19,873 bases of DNA from an uncultured Deinococcales bacterium (GTDB taxonomy: Bacteria > Deinococcota > Deinococci > Deinococcales > JAAFIG01): assembly GCA_964247135.1 (NCBI GenBank), contig CAXTTL010000073.1, forward strand, positions 1 through 19,873, read 5' to 3'. Positions 1-7,667 of the stretch are shown here, piece by piece. Within the stretch, counting starts at the first letter, position 1; each line of letters starts with the position of its first letter. Made by a program: the position numbers and the translations under genes. The notes beneath the pieces were generated by a model that saw nothing but the letters and a program-made list of their open reading frames with translations, searched no databases and was not told where the DNA came from.

Positions 1-219
1 GGAGCCCTTCTGCGGAGAGAGGCGATTTATTCTTCAACGCTCGCTTCCTTTCGAAAGCAATACGAGGAGGGAAAACTCCTCGCCAAAAACGCCCCCCTCC
101 GGGCAAAGCAGCGCAAGGACAGACAAGCCAAACGTCAGCACGACCAGCGGGCTTTCCAAGCCTTGCAACTCGAGGCACAAAACCTACTCGAGGCTCAGGG
201 TCAAGAAAAATTGGGTTAA
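1..219 (+). mobile_element. IS3-family transposase OrfA-like C-terminal fragment (5' end outside window; probably a remnant)
   Basis: Frame +1 is open from base 1: GALLRREAIYSSTLASFRKQYEEGKL...QEKLG*, TAA at 217-219. It matches the GALLRREGLYSSxLxxWRKQ motif of IS3-family OrfA HTH proteins. No OrfB/DDE ORF is recognisable downstream. Confidence 0.6.
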
Positions 220-493
220 AGCAGCTCTGCCCGAATTTGAGTACGCCAGAATTTTTTCCAGGGCGCGTTTGGTGCTTGCCCCAAGGTCGACCGTGTTCTC
301 AAACCGGAAGGCGATCAGCAACGCCGTGCTGGCTCGGCTCGCGCCGTTGTTCTTGCGTCCGGTCATGGCTGCCAGTTGGGTTTCACCGCCCGAGCCGTTC
401 CAAAACCGTCGGTTGCGCGGCTGAAACGCCTCGCCGCATGACTGCACGACGCAGATTGACGGGTTGTGAAAGCCAAATCAGATGACCAAGTTA

Positions 494-529
494 AAAGCCA
501 CAACGGTTGTTGCGTTTTTTCCTGTTTTT
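494..529 (+). terminator. possible weak intrinsic terminator
   Basis: Imperfect stem GCCACAAC-G-GTTGTTGC followed by TTTTTT and TTTTT runs. Confidence 0.3.
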
Positions 530-586
530 CCCCGCTCGAGCCTGCTAATCTAAGCTTGATCTTCCATTCAAGCCCGATTTAGAACC

Positions 587-1030
587 ATGACCACCACTTT
601 ACCCATGCCCAGTCTCGAGTTTGGAGCGCTGCAAAAAGCGCTCAGGCGTGCTTTATCGGACCACGAGATGACTTGGGAAAAGTTTGAGCTTGGCGCTCAA
701 CTCGCCAAACTCGAGGTCAGCGCTCAACTCGAGGATTTTTTGGAGGCGTTTGTGGCATCGCATCCGCGCCTTCGGGGCGGTCTGAAACGTTTTGAAGCCA
801 CCCGCGCTTGGGTTTCGCATCTGATTCTGGCATTGCTGCTCGCCTGGCACGCCCAGAACCATCCCGAACCTCGAGCCGATTGGGAGGCGCGTCCGTTCTC
901 GGTACGTGAATCGAGCCAATCAGAACGTGCGTTAATCACAGCTCGAGTCACGAATTTTTGGGGATTAAGTTTAAACTCGAGGTTGGTTCGTGTGCGTTCC
1001 TGTGTGGTTTGGGCGCAATTTTTGAGTTGA
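587..1030 (+). CDS. hypothetical protein
   Basis: 147-aa ATG ORF with a helical-looking N-terminal two-thirds. No family motif and no clear RBS; the C-terminal part looks non-coding-like. Confidence 0.4.
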   Translation: MTTTLPMPSLEFGALQKALRRALSDHEMTWEKFELGAQLAKLEVSAQLEDFLEAFVASHPRLRGGLKRFEATRAWVSHLILALLLAWHAQNHPEPRADWEARPFSVRESSQSERALITARVTNFWGLSLNSRLVRVRSCVVWAQFLS

Positions 1031-1085
1031 AATGCAGAGATGATGCTGGATTTCGATTCATCTTAAAACCGCGTTCAAGTCAGGA

Positions 1086-1111
1086 GTTGTCATGATTTGC
1101 ATCATGGCAAC
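1086..1111. promoter_or_regulatory. inverted repeat (operator or RNA hairpin) just upstream of the RBS of the flavoenzyme gene
   Basis: GTTGTCATGAT-ttgc-ATCATGGCAAC: 11-bp arms with one mismatch (G-U compatible). RBS GAGGGA at 1115-1120. Confidence 0.5.
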
Positions 1112-1129
1112 CTCGAGGGAGCAGTACAA

Positions 1130-2566
1130 ATGATTCAAAACGACCAGACAAGCCATTCAGATTTACCCCGCATCATTCAAGGTGGCATGGGCGCCGCCGT
1201 CTCCAACTGGAAACTGGCTCAAGCCGTCTCGAGCACCGGACAGCTCGGCGTGATTTCTGGCACGGCGCTGGACACGATCATCGTGCGGCGCCTGCAAGAC
1301 GGCGATCTCGACGGCAGCACACGGCGGGCGCTCGAGCATTTCCCGTACCCAGAATTGGCGCGGTACGCGCTCGAGACGTATTACAAACCGGGCGGACGGG
1401 CGGCTGGTGAGCCGTACAAGCGTTTGCCGTTGCAGGTTGGTCTGGGCAGTCAAAATGCCAGGGTCATGATGGTGGTCGGCGGTTTTGTCGAGGTATTTTT
1501 GGCGAAAGAGGGTCACAACGCGCCCGTGGGCATGAACTTATTGACCAAAATTCAAACCCACACGCTTGGCACGCTGTACGGCGCAATGCTGGCGGGTGTG
1601 GATTATATTTTGATGGGTGCTGGCATTCCCAGAGACATTCCTGGCGTGCTCGACAAATTCGCCTTGGGTGAAGCGGCATCCTTAAAATTGGATGTGACGG
1701 GCGCAACCGAAACCTTTTCCATGAGTCTCGAGCCGAGTGAGTTTGGCACGCCAATGGCGCTCAAGCGCCCAAAATTCTTGCCGATCATCGCCTCGAATTT
1801 GCTGGCGACCATGCTGATGCGCAAGTCAAATGGTTCGATTGAAGGTTTTATCGTCGAAGGTCCGACCGCCGGCGGTCACAACGCCCCGCCGCGCGGTCAA
1901 ACCACGTTCGACGAGCGCGGTCAACCGATTTACGGCGAACGCGATGTGGTCGATCTGGCGGCGCTGAAAGCCCTTGGCTTGCCCTTCTGGTTGGCGGGGG
2001 GCACCGGAACGCCCGACGCCCTGCAACAGGCGCTCGAGCACGGTGCGGCGGGCATTCAGGTGGGAACACTTTTTGCCTACAGCCGCGAATCTGGTTTGAC
2101 CCCAGAGATCAAAGCCACCGCCCTGACTGGCGTGCAAAACGGCAGCGTCGGCATTTTTACCGACCCTCTGGCTTCACCGACGGGCTTTCCGTTCAAGGTC
2201 GTCGAAATTCCTGGAACGCTTTCCGAGGACAGCATTTACCAGGCGCGGAGGCGCGTGTGTGACCTGGCGTACCTGCGTGAAATGTACCAGACCGATCAGG
2301 GCAAACTCGGTTTTCGTTGCGCCTCCGAACCCCATGAGGCGTTCCTGTCCAAAGGCGGCAAACTCGAGGAGACCATCGGACGCAAGTGTTTGTGCAATTC
2401 CCTGATGGCGGATGTCGGCATGGCGCAGGTGCAACGCAACGGCGATGTCGAACATGCGCTGGTGACCAGCGGCGATGATCTCTTAAAATTGGGTCGGTTT
2501 ATCGAGCGTTACTCGAGCGATTACAGCGCAAGCCAGGTGATTTCGTACCTGTTGGCACAAGCCTGA
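1130..2566 (+). CDS. nitronate monooxygenase / 2-nitropropane dioxygenase family FMN oxidoreductase (long form with Cys-rich C-terminus)
   Basis: Motifs IIQGGMG, MGAGIP, VEGPTAGGH, LAGG, GAAGIQVGTLF and SPTGFPF, then CDLAYL...RC...CLCN. ATG 1130 with RBS GAGGGA is preferred over TTG 1097. Confidence 0.9.
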   Translation: MIQNDQTSHSDLPRIIQGGMGAAVSNWKLAQAVSSTGQLGVISGTALDTIIVRRLQDGDLDGSTRRALEHFPYPELARYALETYYKPGGRAAGEPYKRLPLQVGLGSQNARVMMVVGGFVEVFLAKEGHNAPVGMNLLTKIQTHTLGTLYGAMLAGVDYILMGAGIPRDIPGVLDKFALGEAASLKLDVTGATETFSMSLEPSEFGTPMALKRPKFLPIIASNLLATMLMRKSNGSIEGFIVEGPTAGGHNAPPRGQTTFDERGQPIYGERDVVDLAALKALGLPFWLAGGTGTPDALQQALEHGAAGIQVGTLFAYSRESGLTPEIKATALTGVQNGSVGIFTDPLASPTGFPFKVVEIPGTLSEDSIYQARRRVCDLAYLREMYQTDQGKLGFRCASEPHEAFLSKGGKLEETIGRKCLCNSLMADVGMAQVQRNGDVEHALVTSGDDLLKLGRFIERYSSDYSASQVISYLLAQA

Positions 2567-2588
2567 ACCCTTAGGAAAGATGACATTC

Positions 2589-3107
2589 ATGGCAAATCAC
2601 GTCAGCCTTGAGCAGTCCAAGCTTGCCGATTTACAGATGAGCAACGGTGGAACGACGGTATTTCTGAGTGTTTTATTGCTGGCAGGAAGTGATCTTGCCA
2701 GCAGCGACTGGGAAAAAACCTTGATGGTTTGGCTCGCCGAAAAAGACCAAGCCGTGACCGGTTCGGGCGTTGTCGGCTTTGATCTTTCACAGATCAAATG
2801 GGATGCGGTTTCGTTTCTCGAGCAACAATCTTTTTTGTTAAAAGTGATCGATCTGGCACTCGAGCGTCACCGTTGGAGCGTTTTGGGTTACGAGCCTGGA
2901 CCAGACCAAGGTCAACCGTGGGTGCTGGATGATTTGCGGCATTTCAAAGTTCTTGTGACAGCTTTCAAACTAGAATACATCGAGGCTCGAGATTGGGATT
3001 TTAACGTTCAAGAAACCGATTTTCAAAAATGCCCCAAACATCAAATCTATCTGCATTCTTTAAACTCCGATCCGCTCGAGTGTTGCCTGATCTGCAATGA
3101 TTGTTAA
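2589..3107 (+). CDS. hypothetical protein with C-terminal CxxH...CxxC putative Zn site
   Basis: Closely follows the upstream gene. AGGA at 2573-2576 fits ATG 2589 (alternative 2580). Ends CPKHQIYLH...CCLICNDC. Confidence 0.75.
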   Translation: MANHVSLEQSKLADLQMSNGGTTVFLSVLLLAGSDLASSDWEKTLMVWLAEKDQAVTGSGVVGFDLSQIKWDAVSFLEQQSFLLKVIDLALERHRWSVLGYEPGPDQGQPWVLDDLRHFKVLVTAFKLEYIEARDWDFNVQETDFQKCPKHQIYLHSLNSDPLECCLICNDC

Positions 3108-3151
3108 GTTCTCACTTGCTCGAGTTGAGGGTTTTCTTTAGACTTGAAGCG

Positions 3152-3886
3152 GTGACCAAACTTCATCTTCAAAGTCTGCGGTTTAACGATTCAAGATGGC
3201 GTGACGACCTTCACCCGTTTCGAGTGCCTGCGGTGCAACACGTTAAAAAACATGGTTTAAAGTTTCAGACGCCAATCACTTTTTTCGTTGGCGAGAACGG
3301 TTCGGGCAAAACCACGATTCTCGAGGCGTTGGCGGCGCGTTATCCAAGGATTGGTTCGGTTTCGCCATTCAGCAACCGCACCGGAACGTTGCTGTCATTC
3401 GAGGATGTCCCGCTGGCTTGGAATGCTGATTTGGGTCTCTCGAGTCAAGCCAGCACCGAAGGTTTTTTCTTGCGTGCCTCAACGCTTGGCTCTTTGATCG
3501 GTGACCTTGACCGCGAAGCCAAACCCGCACCCAGGGCGGGTGAACGCCCATTGGCACGGCGTTCGCACGGCGAGGGTTTGCTGGGTTTACTGAATTCGCA
3601 TTTTGAATCCAAAGGCATGTACTTTCTGGACGAACCCGAAACCGCGCTGTCGTTTAACGCCACGCTCGGACTGGTGGGTTTGCTGGCGACGCTGGCTAAG
3701 AACGGCTCGCAGGTGATTGCCGCGACGCACTCCCCCATTGTGCTGTCCGTTCCTGGGGCAACGATTCTCGAGTTTGGCGATTTTGGTATTCGGGAGGTTG
3801 CCAGGGCTGATCTTGACCTGTTGCGCGACTGGCAGAGTTTCCTCGAGCGCCCCGAGGTCTGGTTGCGACACGTGCTCGAGGAATAA
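3152..3886 (+). CDS. AAA/ABC-type ATPase (COG3910-like predicted ATPase)
   Basis: PITFFVGENGSGKTT (Walker A), GFFLRA, SHGE signature, YFLDEPE (Walker B), ATHSP (H-loop). GTG 3152 lies 7 nt after a TAGACT -10-like box. Confidence 0.88.
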   Translation: MTKLHLQSLRFNDSRWRDDLHPFRVPAVQHVKKHGLKFQTPITFFVGENGSGKTTILEALAARYPRIGSVSPFSNRTGTLLSFEDVPLAWNADLGLSSQASTEGFFLRASTLGSLIGDLDREAKPAPRAGERPLARRSHGEGLLGLLNSHFESKGMYFLDEPETALSFNATLGLVGLLATLAKNGSQVIAATHSPIVLSVPGATILEFGDFGIREVARADLDLLRDWQSFLERPEVWLRHVLEE

Positions 3887-3969
3887 AAACGTAGCGTCAG
3901 ACTTTGGGCAAAACAAACGGCGGACTGATAACATAATCGTTCAATGAACAAGCGAACAGGAATTGATTG

Positions 3970-5019
3970 ATGCGTTTTGGTTTTACGGTTTTGCTGTTGC
4001 TGGCGCTTCAAAGCAATGTTTTTGCCCAAAAGACCTTGATTGTCGCCATCAAACCCTTGACACCGTTTGTCATGCCAGCAGGCTCGGGTTTTGAAGGTTA
4101 CAGCATTGACTTGTGGAACGCGATTGCCACCAAAAACGGCTGGACAACCCAGTACAAGTATCTTAAAACCGTCAAAGAGGTCTTGAATGCCGTGGCAAAC
4201 AAACAAGCCGACGTTGGCATTGCGGGCATCAGCATCACCAAAGAGCGCGAACAAATGGTTGATTTCAGTTTGCCGATGTTTAACTCTGGGCTTCAGGTGC
4301 TGGTTCCAGTGCGTTCAAGTTTCAACCCCATGACGGCGTTTCGCAACCTTTTCTCGCCACAATTGGCTTTTGTTGCCCTGATGATTGTCTCGAGCATCGT
4401 GATTGCAGGGCATCTGATGTGGCTGGTCATGCGTCACCGCCCCGATTACCCCAAAGGTTACCTTAAAGGGGTCACTGAGGGCATCTGGTGGGCTGCCATG
4501 AGCTTTCCGCAAAACGACCTGGGCGAGAAAAACCCCAGGTCGGTCATCGGGCGTCTTGCAGGCATGTTTTGGATGGTGGTCAGCGTGGTGCTGCTGGCAA
4601 ATTTTACCGCCAGCGTGACCGCCAATTTGACGGTACAACAAATCCAAAGCGGGATTCGCGGCATCAGCGATCTGCCAGGGAAACGGGTCTTGACCGTTGC
4701 GGGCACAACTTCCGAGGCTTACCTGGCGCAAAATGCGGTGCGATTTCAAACCGCGCCAACCATCGAACAAGCCATTTCTCAACTCGAGCGAGGCGAGGCA
4801 GAAGCCGTCGTTTATGACGCGCCAGTCTTGCAATACCAAGCCAGCCATGAGGGCAACGGCACGTTGACGGTGGTCGGCGATGTCTTCAAACCCGAATATT
4901 ACGGCATTGCGATTCCGCTCGGCAGTCCAAACCGCAAAGCCATCAATGAAACCCTAACCGAAATGATTGGCGCTGGCGAACTGACCCAAATTCAACAGCA
5001 TTGGTTTGGCACGAAGTAA
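3970..5019 (+). CDS. GluR0-like prokaryotic ligand-gated ion channel (family-3 SBP domain split by an M1-P-M2 channel domain)
   Basis: Signal peptide; S1 (PFVM...GYSIDLW...ADVGIAGISITKEREQMVDFSLPMF); TM1; pore helix GIWWAAMSF...PRSVIGR; TM2 LLANFTASVTANL; S2 (DLPGKRV..GTTS...VVYDAPVLQY...EYYGIA). RBS AGGA at 3958-3961. Confidence 0.88.
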   Translation: MRFGFTVLLLLALQSNVFAQKTLIVAIKPLTPFVMPAGSGFEGYSIDLWNAIATKNGWTTQYKYLKTVKEVLNAVANKQADVGIAGISITKEREQMVDFSLPMFNSGLQVLVPVRSSFNPMTAFRNLFSPQLAFVALMIVSSIVIAGHLMWLVMRHRPDYPKGYLKGVTEGIWWAAMSFPQNDLGEKNPRSVIGRLAGMFWMVVSVVLLANFTASVTANLTVQQIQSGIRGISDLPGKRVLTVAGTTSEAYLAQNAVRFQTAPTIEQAISQLERGEAEAVVYDAPVLQYQASHEGNGTLTVVGDVFKPEYYGIAIPLGSPNRKAINETLTEMIGAGELTQIQQHWFGTK

Positions 5020-5171
5020 AGCCCATTTGGCAGTCGTGGCTCGAGCGCTGGCAATAACATTTGCAAACCAGCCGCACACCCTCGAGCCGCGTTGGGGCGC
5101 TAGCGCAACTTCATCTCGAGAACTTCGGGGCGTATGCCATTTGGCGTATCTCGTGATTGCCAATTTTTGCT

Positions 5172-5204
5172 GTCACAGCCTGGTCACAGCAATCTTCGTA
5201 CCCT
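5172..5204 (+). promoter_or_regulatory. tandem direct repeat with 11-bp period (OmpR/PhoB-type box) plus -10-like TACCCT
   Basis: GTCACAGC at 5172-5179 and 5183-5190; TACCCT at 5199-5204; RBS AAGGAG at 5233-5238. Confidence 0.5.
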
Positions 5205-5246
5205 GATCTCGTTGCGAGCAGATTGCAACCTCAAGGAGACAAAATC

Positions 5247-6020
5247 ATGTTTAAACCTGGCATTATTTCAGTATTGTTCGCCGTGGCTTTGACCGCTTGT
5301 CCTGTTGGCGAAAGTTCCCCCGCAGGCAAAAACAGCATTTCGGGACGGGCGCTCGACGCTCGAGGAAAGCCAGTCGTTGGGGCGTTGGTCTGGGTCAAAC
5401 CTGCCATTACCACCGGTTTGGTCACGGCGCACACGGACGCGAACGGTCAGTATCGGGTGACGGGTTTGATTGATATTCCGTACAAGGTTTACGCCTGGGC
5501 GCAACCCGAGTTTGGCGGCAAACGCCAGTGTTTGCGACTCGGGCATGACCAGATCGCCGATTACGACGCGGTTGTCCCCTCGCAGGGGGTGATGCGTGAT
5601 TTTCGTTGGAAACTCGAGGGTCTGATTGCAGACCGTGGCGCTGAGACGTATTTTGGTGGCGAGCTGCGTTTGATGCCAGTGTACCGCCACGACGGCGATT
5701 TTGACATTCACGGCAACTTAAAAATTGAACTCAAACTTGTACCCACGGGCGAACTGGTCGATGGCAGCGCTGGCAAGACAATCGTCCGCACCCTGAACTG
5801 GAACGACACCAGTTTGGCAACCGATATTCCGCTGGGTTCGTACCAAGTCAGCGCCACACAAATTGCCCAGGATGGAACCCGCTCTCAGCTTGAGGTTGGT
5901 CCAAACGAAACGGGCTTGACCAGCCAATCGGGCTTAAGTTTCAAAGCCGTTTCGGGCGCTTGCGGCGGCAACTTTGGCAACGGCACCGAACGCGCTTTTG
6001 TCTCCATTGCCCGCCCTTAA
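5247..6020 (+). CDS. lipoprotein with carboxypeptidase-regulatory-like (transthyretin-fold) domain
   Basis: RBS AAGGAG then ATG 5247; lipobox LTAC; ISGRALDARGKPVVGALV...HTDANGQYRVTGL is typical of CarboxypepD_reg domains. Confidence 0.8.
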   Translation: MFKPGIISVLFAVALTACPVGESSPAGKNSISGRALDARGKPVVGALVWVKPAITTGLVTAHTDANGQYRVTGLIDIPYKVYAWAQPEFGGKRQCLRLGHDQIADYDAVVPSQGVMRDFRWKLEGLIADRGAETYFGGELRLMPVYRHDGDFDIHGNLKIELKLVPTGELVDGSAGKTIVRTLNWNDTSLATDIPLGSYQVSATQIAQDGTRSQLEVGPNETGLTSQSGLSFKAVSGACGGNFGNGTERAFVSIARP

Positions 6021-6041
6021 AAACCCGAGGAGGTTTAAGCG

Positions 6042-6848
6042 ATGTCAGAATGTATTCTTGAACGTCACGGCTGCCCGATTCACTATTGGCTCGAAGGTGA
6101 TCCAAACCAAGCGCTGGTGGTCTTCACGCACGGGGCGGGAGCGGACCATCGGATGTTTGAGGACCAAATATCGGCGCTTCAAAATCACTTTTCGACACTG
6201 ACCTGGGATGTGCGTGGGCACGGTCAGTCAAGACCGGTGGGCAAGTTCAATTTGCAACTTGCGCTCGAGGATTTGATATCGATGCTTGATGCAATCGGTC
6301 GGCGCGAGGCGGTTTTTGTCGGGCAATCGATGGGCGGCAATATTTTGCAAGAACTGGTGCGCCAACATCCAGACCGTGTGCGTGCCTTGGTGTTGGTGGA
6401 CTGCGTTTGCAACAGTACACCGCTCGGTTGGTTCGAGCGATTTGCGCTTAAAATCACCCCCGCGATGCTTGCCTTGTACCCGTACAATACCCTGATTTCG
6501 CAAAGTGCCAAAGCCTCGGCGTTGCGTCCCGAAGTGCAACAATATTTGGACCACGCAATGCGGGTCATGACCAAATTTGAGCTTGAAACCGTTTTGCTCG
6601 AGACGACCAACATCTTGCGTGACGACCCCGAATACCGTATTGCCAAGCCTTTCTTGCTGTTGCGCGGCGACCACGACAATGCCGGAGCCATCGCCAAACA
6701 AGCCAAAACCTGGGCATCTCGAGAAGCCCAGTGCCAGGATTACATCATTGTTCCAAAGGCTGGGCACTGCTCGAATCAAGACAACCCAGCGTTCTTTAAC
6801 CGTGTGCTGCTCGAGTTTCTGGGTCGTATGAATCAAATGCCAGTTTGA
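6042..6848 (+). CDS. alpha/beta fold hydrolase
   Basis: RBS GAGGAGG; FTHGAG oxyanion loop, WDVRGHGQS, GQSMGG nucleophile elbow, GDHD acid, AGHCSN catalytic His. Confidence 0.92.
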   Translation: MSECILERHGCPIHYWLEGDPNQALVVFTHGAGADHRMFEDQISALQNHFSTLTWDVRGHGQSRPVGKFNLQLALEDLISMLDAIGRREAVFVGQSMGGNILQELVRQHPDRVRALVLVDCVCNSTPLGWFERFALKITPAMLALYPYNTLISQSAKASALRPEVQQYLDHAMRVMTKFELETVLLETTNILRDDPEYRIAKPFLLLRGDHDNAGAIAKQAKTWASREAQCQDYIIVPKAGHCSNQDNPAFFNRVLLEFLGRMNQMPV

Positions 6849-6882
6849 TTTTAGGTCCACACGGCTCGAGCTTTAATCTCTG

Positions 6883-7569
6883 TCACAATAGGGTTCGCAA
6901 ACGCTCGAGTCCCTCGAGAATCAGGTCAAGCCCAATTTCAAACTCGCCCGCGTAACTGTAACCAGGTTTGAGCACGTGTTCAACGGCGATTTCCATCAGG
7001 TAGGGATATTCGCTTGGGGTCATCTGGACCATCATGGTTTCCAGAACATCGGCGGCTTGATCGGCGGTCTGAAATGGCAGGTTGATTTGCCCTAGGGCAA
7101 AGCCGTAAATGTAACTGTCCAGAATCGAGTAGGCGTGTGCCGTCGCCGCCACCGAGAAGCCGTTCGCCCTGAGACACTCCAGCACCGCGTTGTGATGTCG
7201 CAGGTTGGCAGCACCTGGGGCGGAGCGCGATTCCATCAGGCTGAGTGCCCATGGGTGCGCGATCAGTACCTTGAGGGCTGAAATCGCACGGTCACGCATG
7301 GCGCTTTTCCAGTTGTTTTCTTGGGTTGGCAGCTCGATCTGGGCAAACACCAGGTCGATCATGCCGTCCAGCAGCTCGACCTTGTTGGCAACGTGATGAT
7401 AGAGCGACATCGCCTCGACCCCAAGCTTCTGGGCAAGTTTGCGCATGGTCAGCGCATCGATGCCGTCTCGGTCTGCAAGCTCGAGGGCGGTTTTCAGCAC
7501 GGTTTGGCGGTTGAGCCTTGGGCGGGTTGCGGTCTTGGGGCTGCTCGGTTTTGTTGTCTTGCGTTGCAT
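6883..7569 (-). CDS. TetR/AcrR family regulator with TetR_C-type C-terminal domain
   Basis: [74 protein letters not shown]. Start is ATG 7569 or 7578, not 7617. Confidence 0.92.
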   Translation of the reverse strand: MQRKTTKPSSPKTATRPRLNRQTVLKTALELADRDGIDALTMRKLAQKLGVEAMSLYHHVANKVELLDGMIDLVFAQIELPTQENNWKSAMRDRAISALKVLIAHPWALSLMESRSAPGAANLRHHNAVLECLRANGFSVAATAHAYSILDSYIYGFALGQINLPFQTADQAADVLETMMVQMTPSEYPYLMEIAVEHVLKPGYSYAGEFEIGLDLILEGLERLRTLL

Positions 7570-7585
7570 GTTCACCATTTCCCTC

Positions 7586-7638
7586 TTGACAATCTTACAA
7601 AGTAAGGCTACCATCAATTACAACCTTACAACGTAAGG
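7586..7638. promoter_or_regulatory. divergent promoter with two TetR-type operators CTTAC-N3-GTAAG
   Basis: CTTACaaaGTAAG at 7594-7606 and CCTTACaacGTAAGG at 7624-7638. TTGACA at 7586-7591 and TACCAT at 7609-7614 (17-nt spacer) point toward the oxidoreductase. Confidence 0.8.
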
Positions 7639-7667
7639 ATAGTAAGAAAACCCGAGAGGAAACAAAA

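Noticed and set aside
3445-4254. 269-aa minus-strand ORF (and similar ones at 6228..6860, 17334..18023, 18131..18961)
   Set aside because: They lie antisense to well-supported genes and have no recognisable domains.
5157-5246. Longer starts in the ORF track (5157; likewise 1097, 3101, 7617, 17136, 18011)
   Set aside because: Downstream starts have RBS or -10 support and put signal peptides or HTH domains at the N-terminus.
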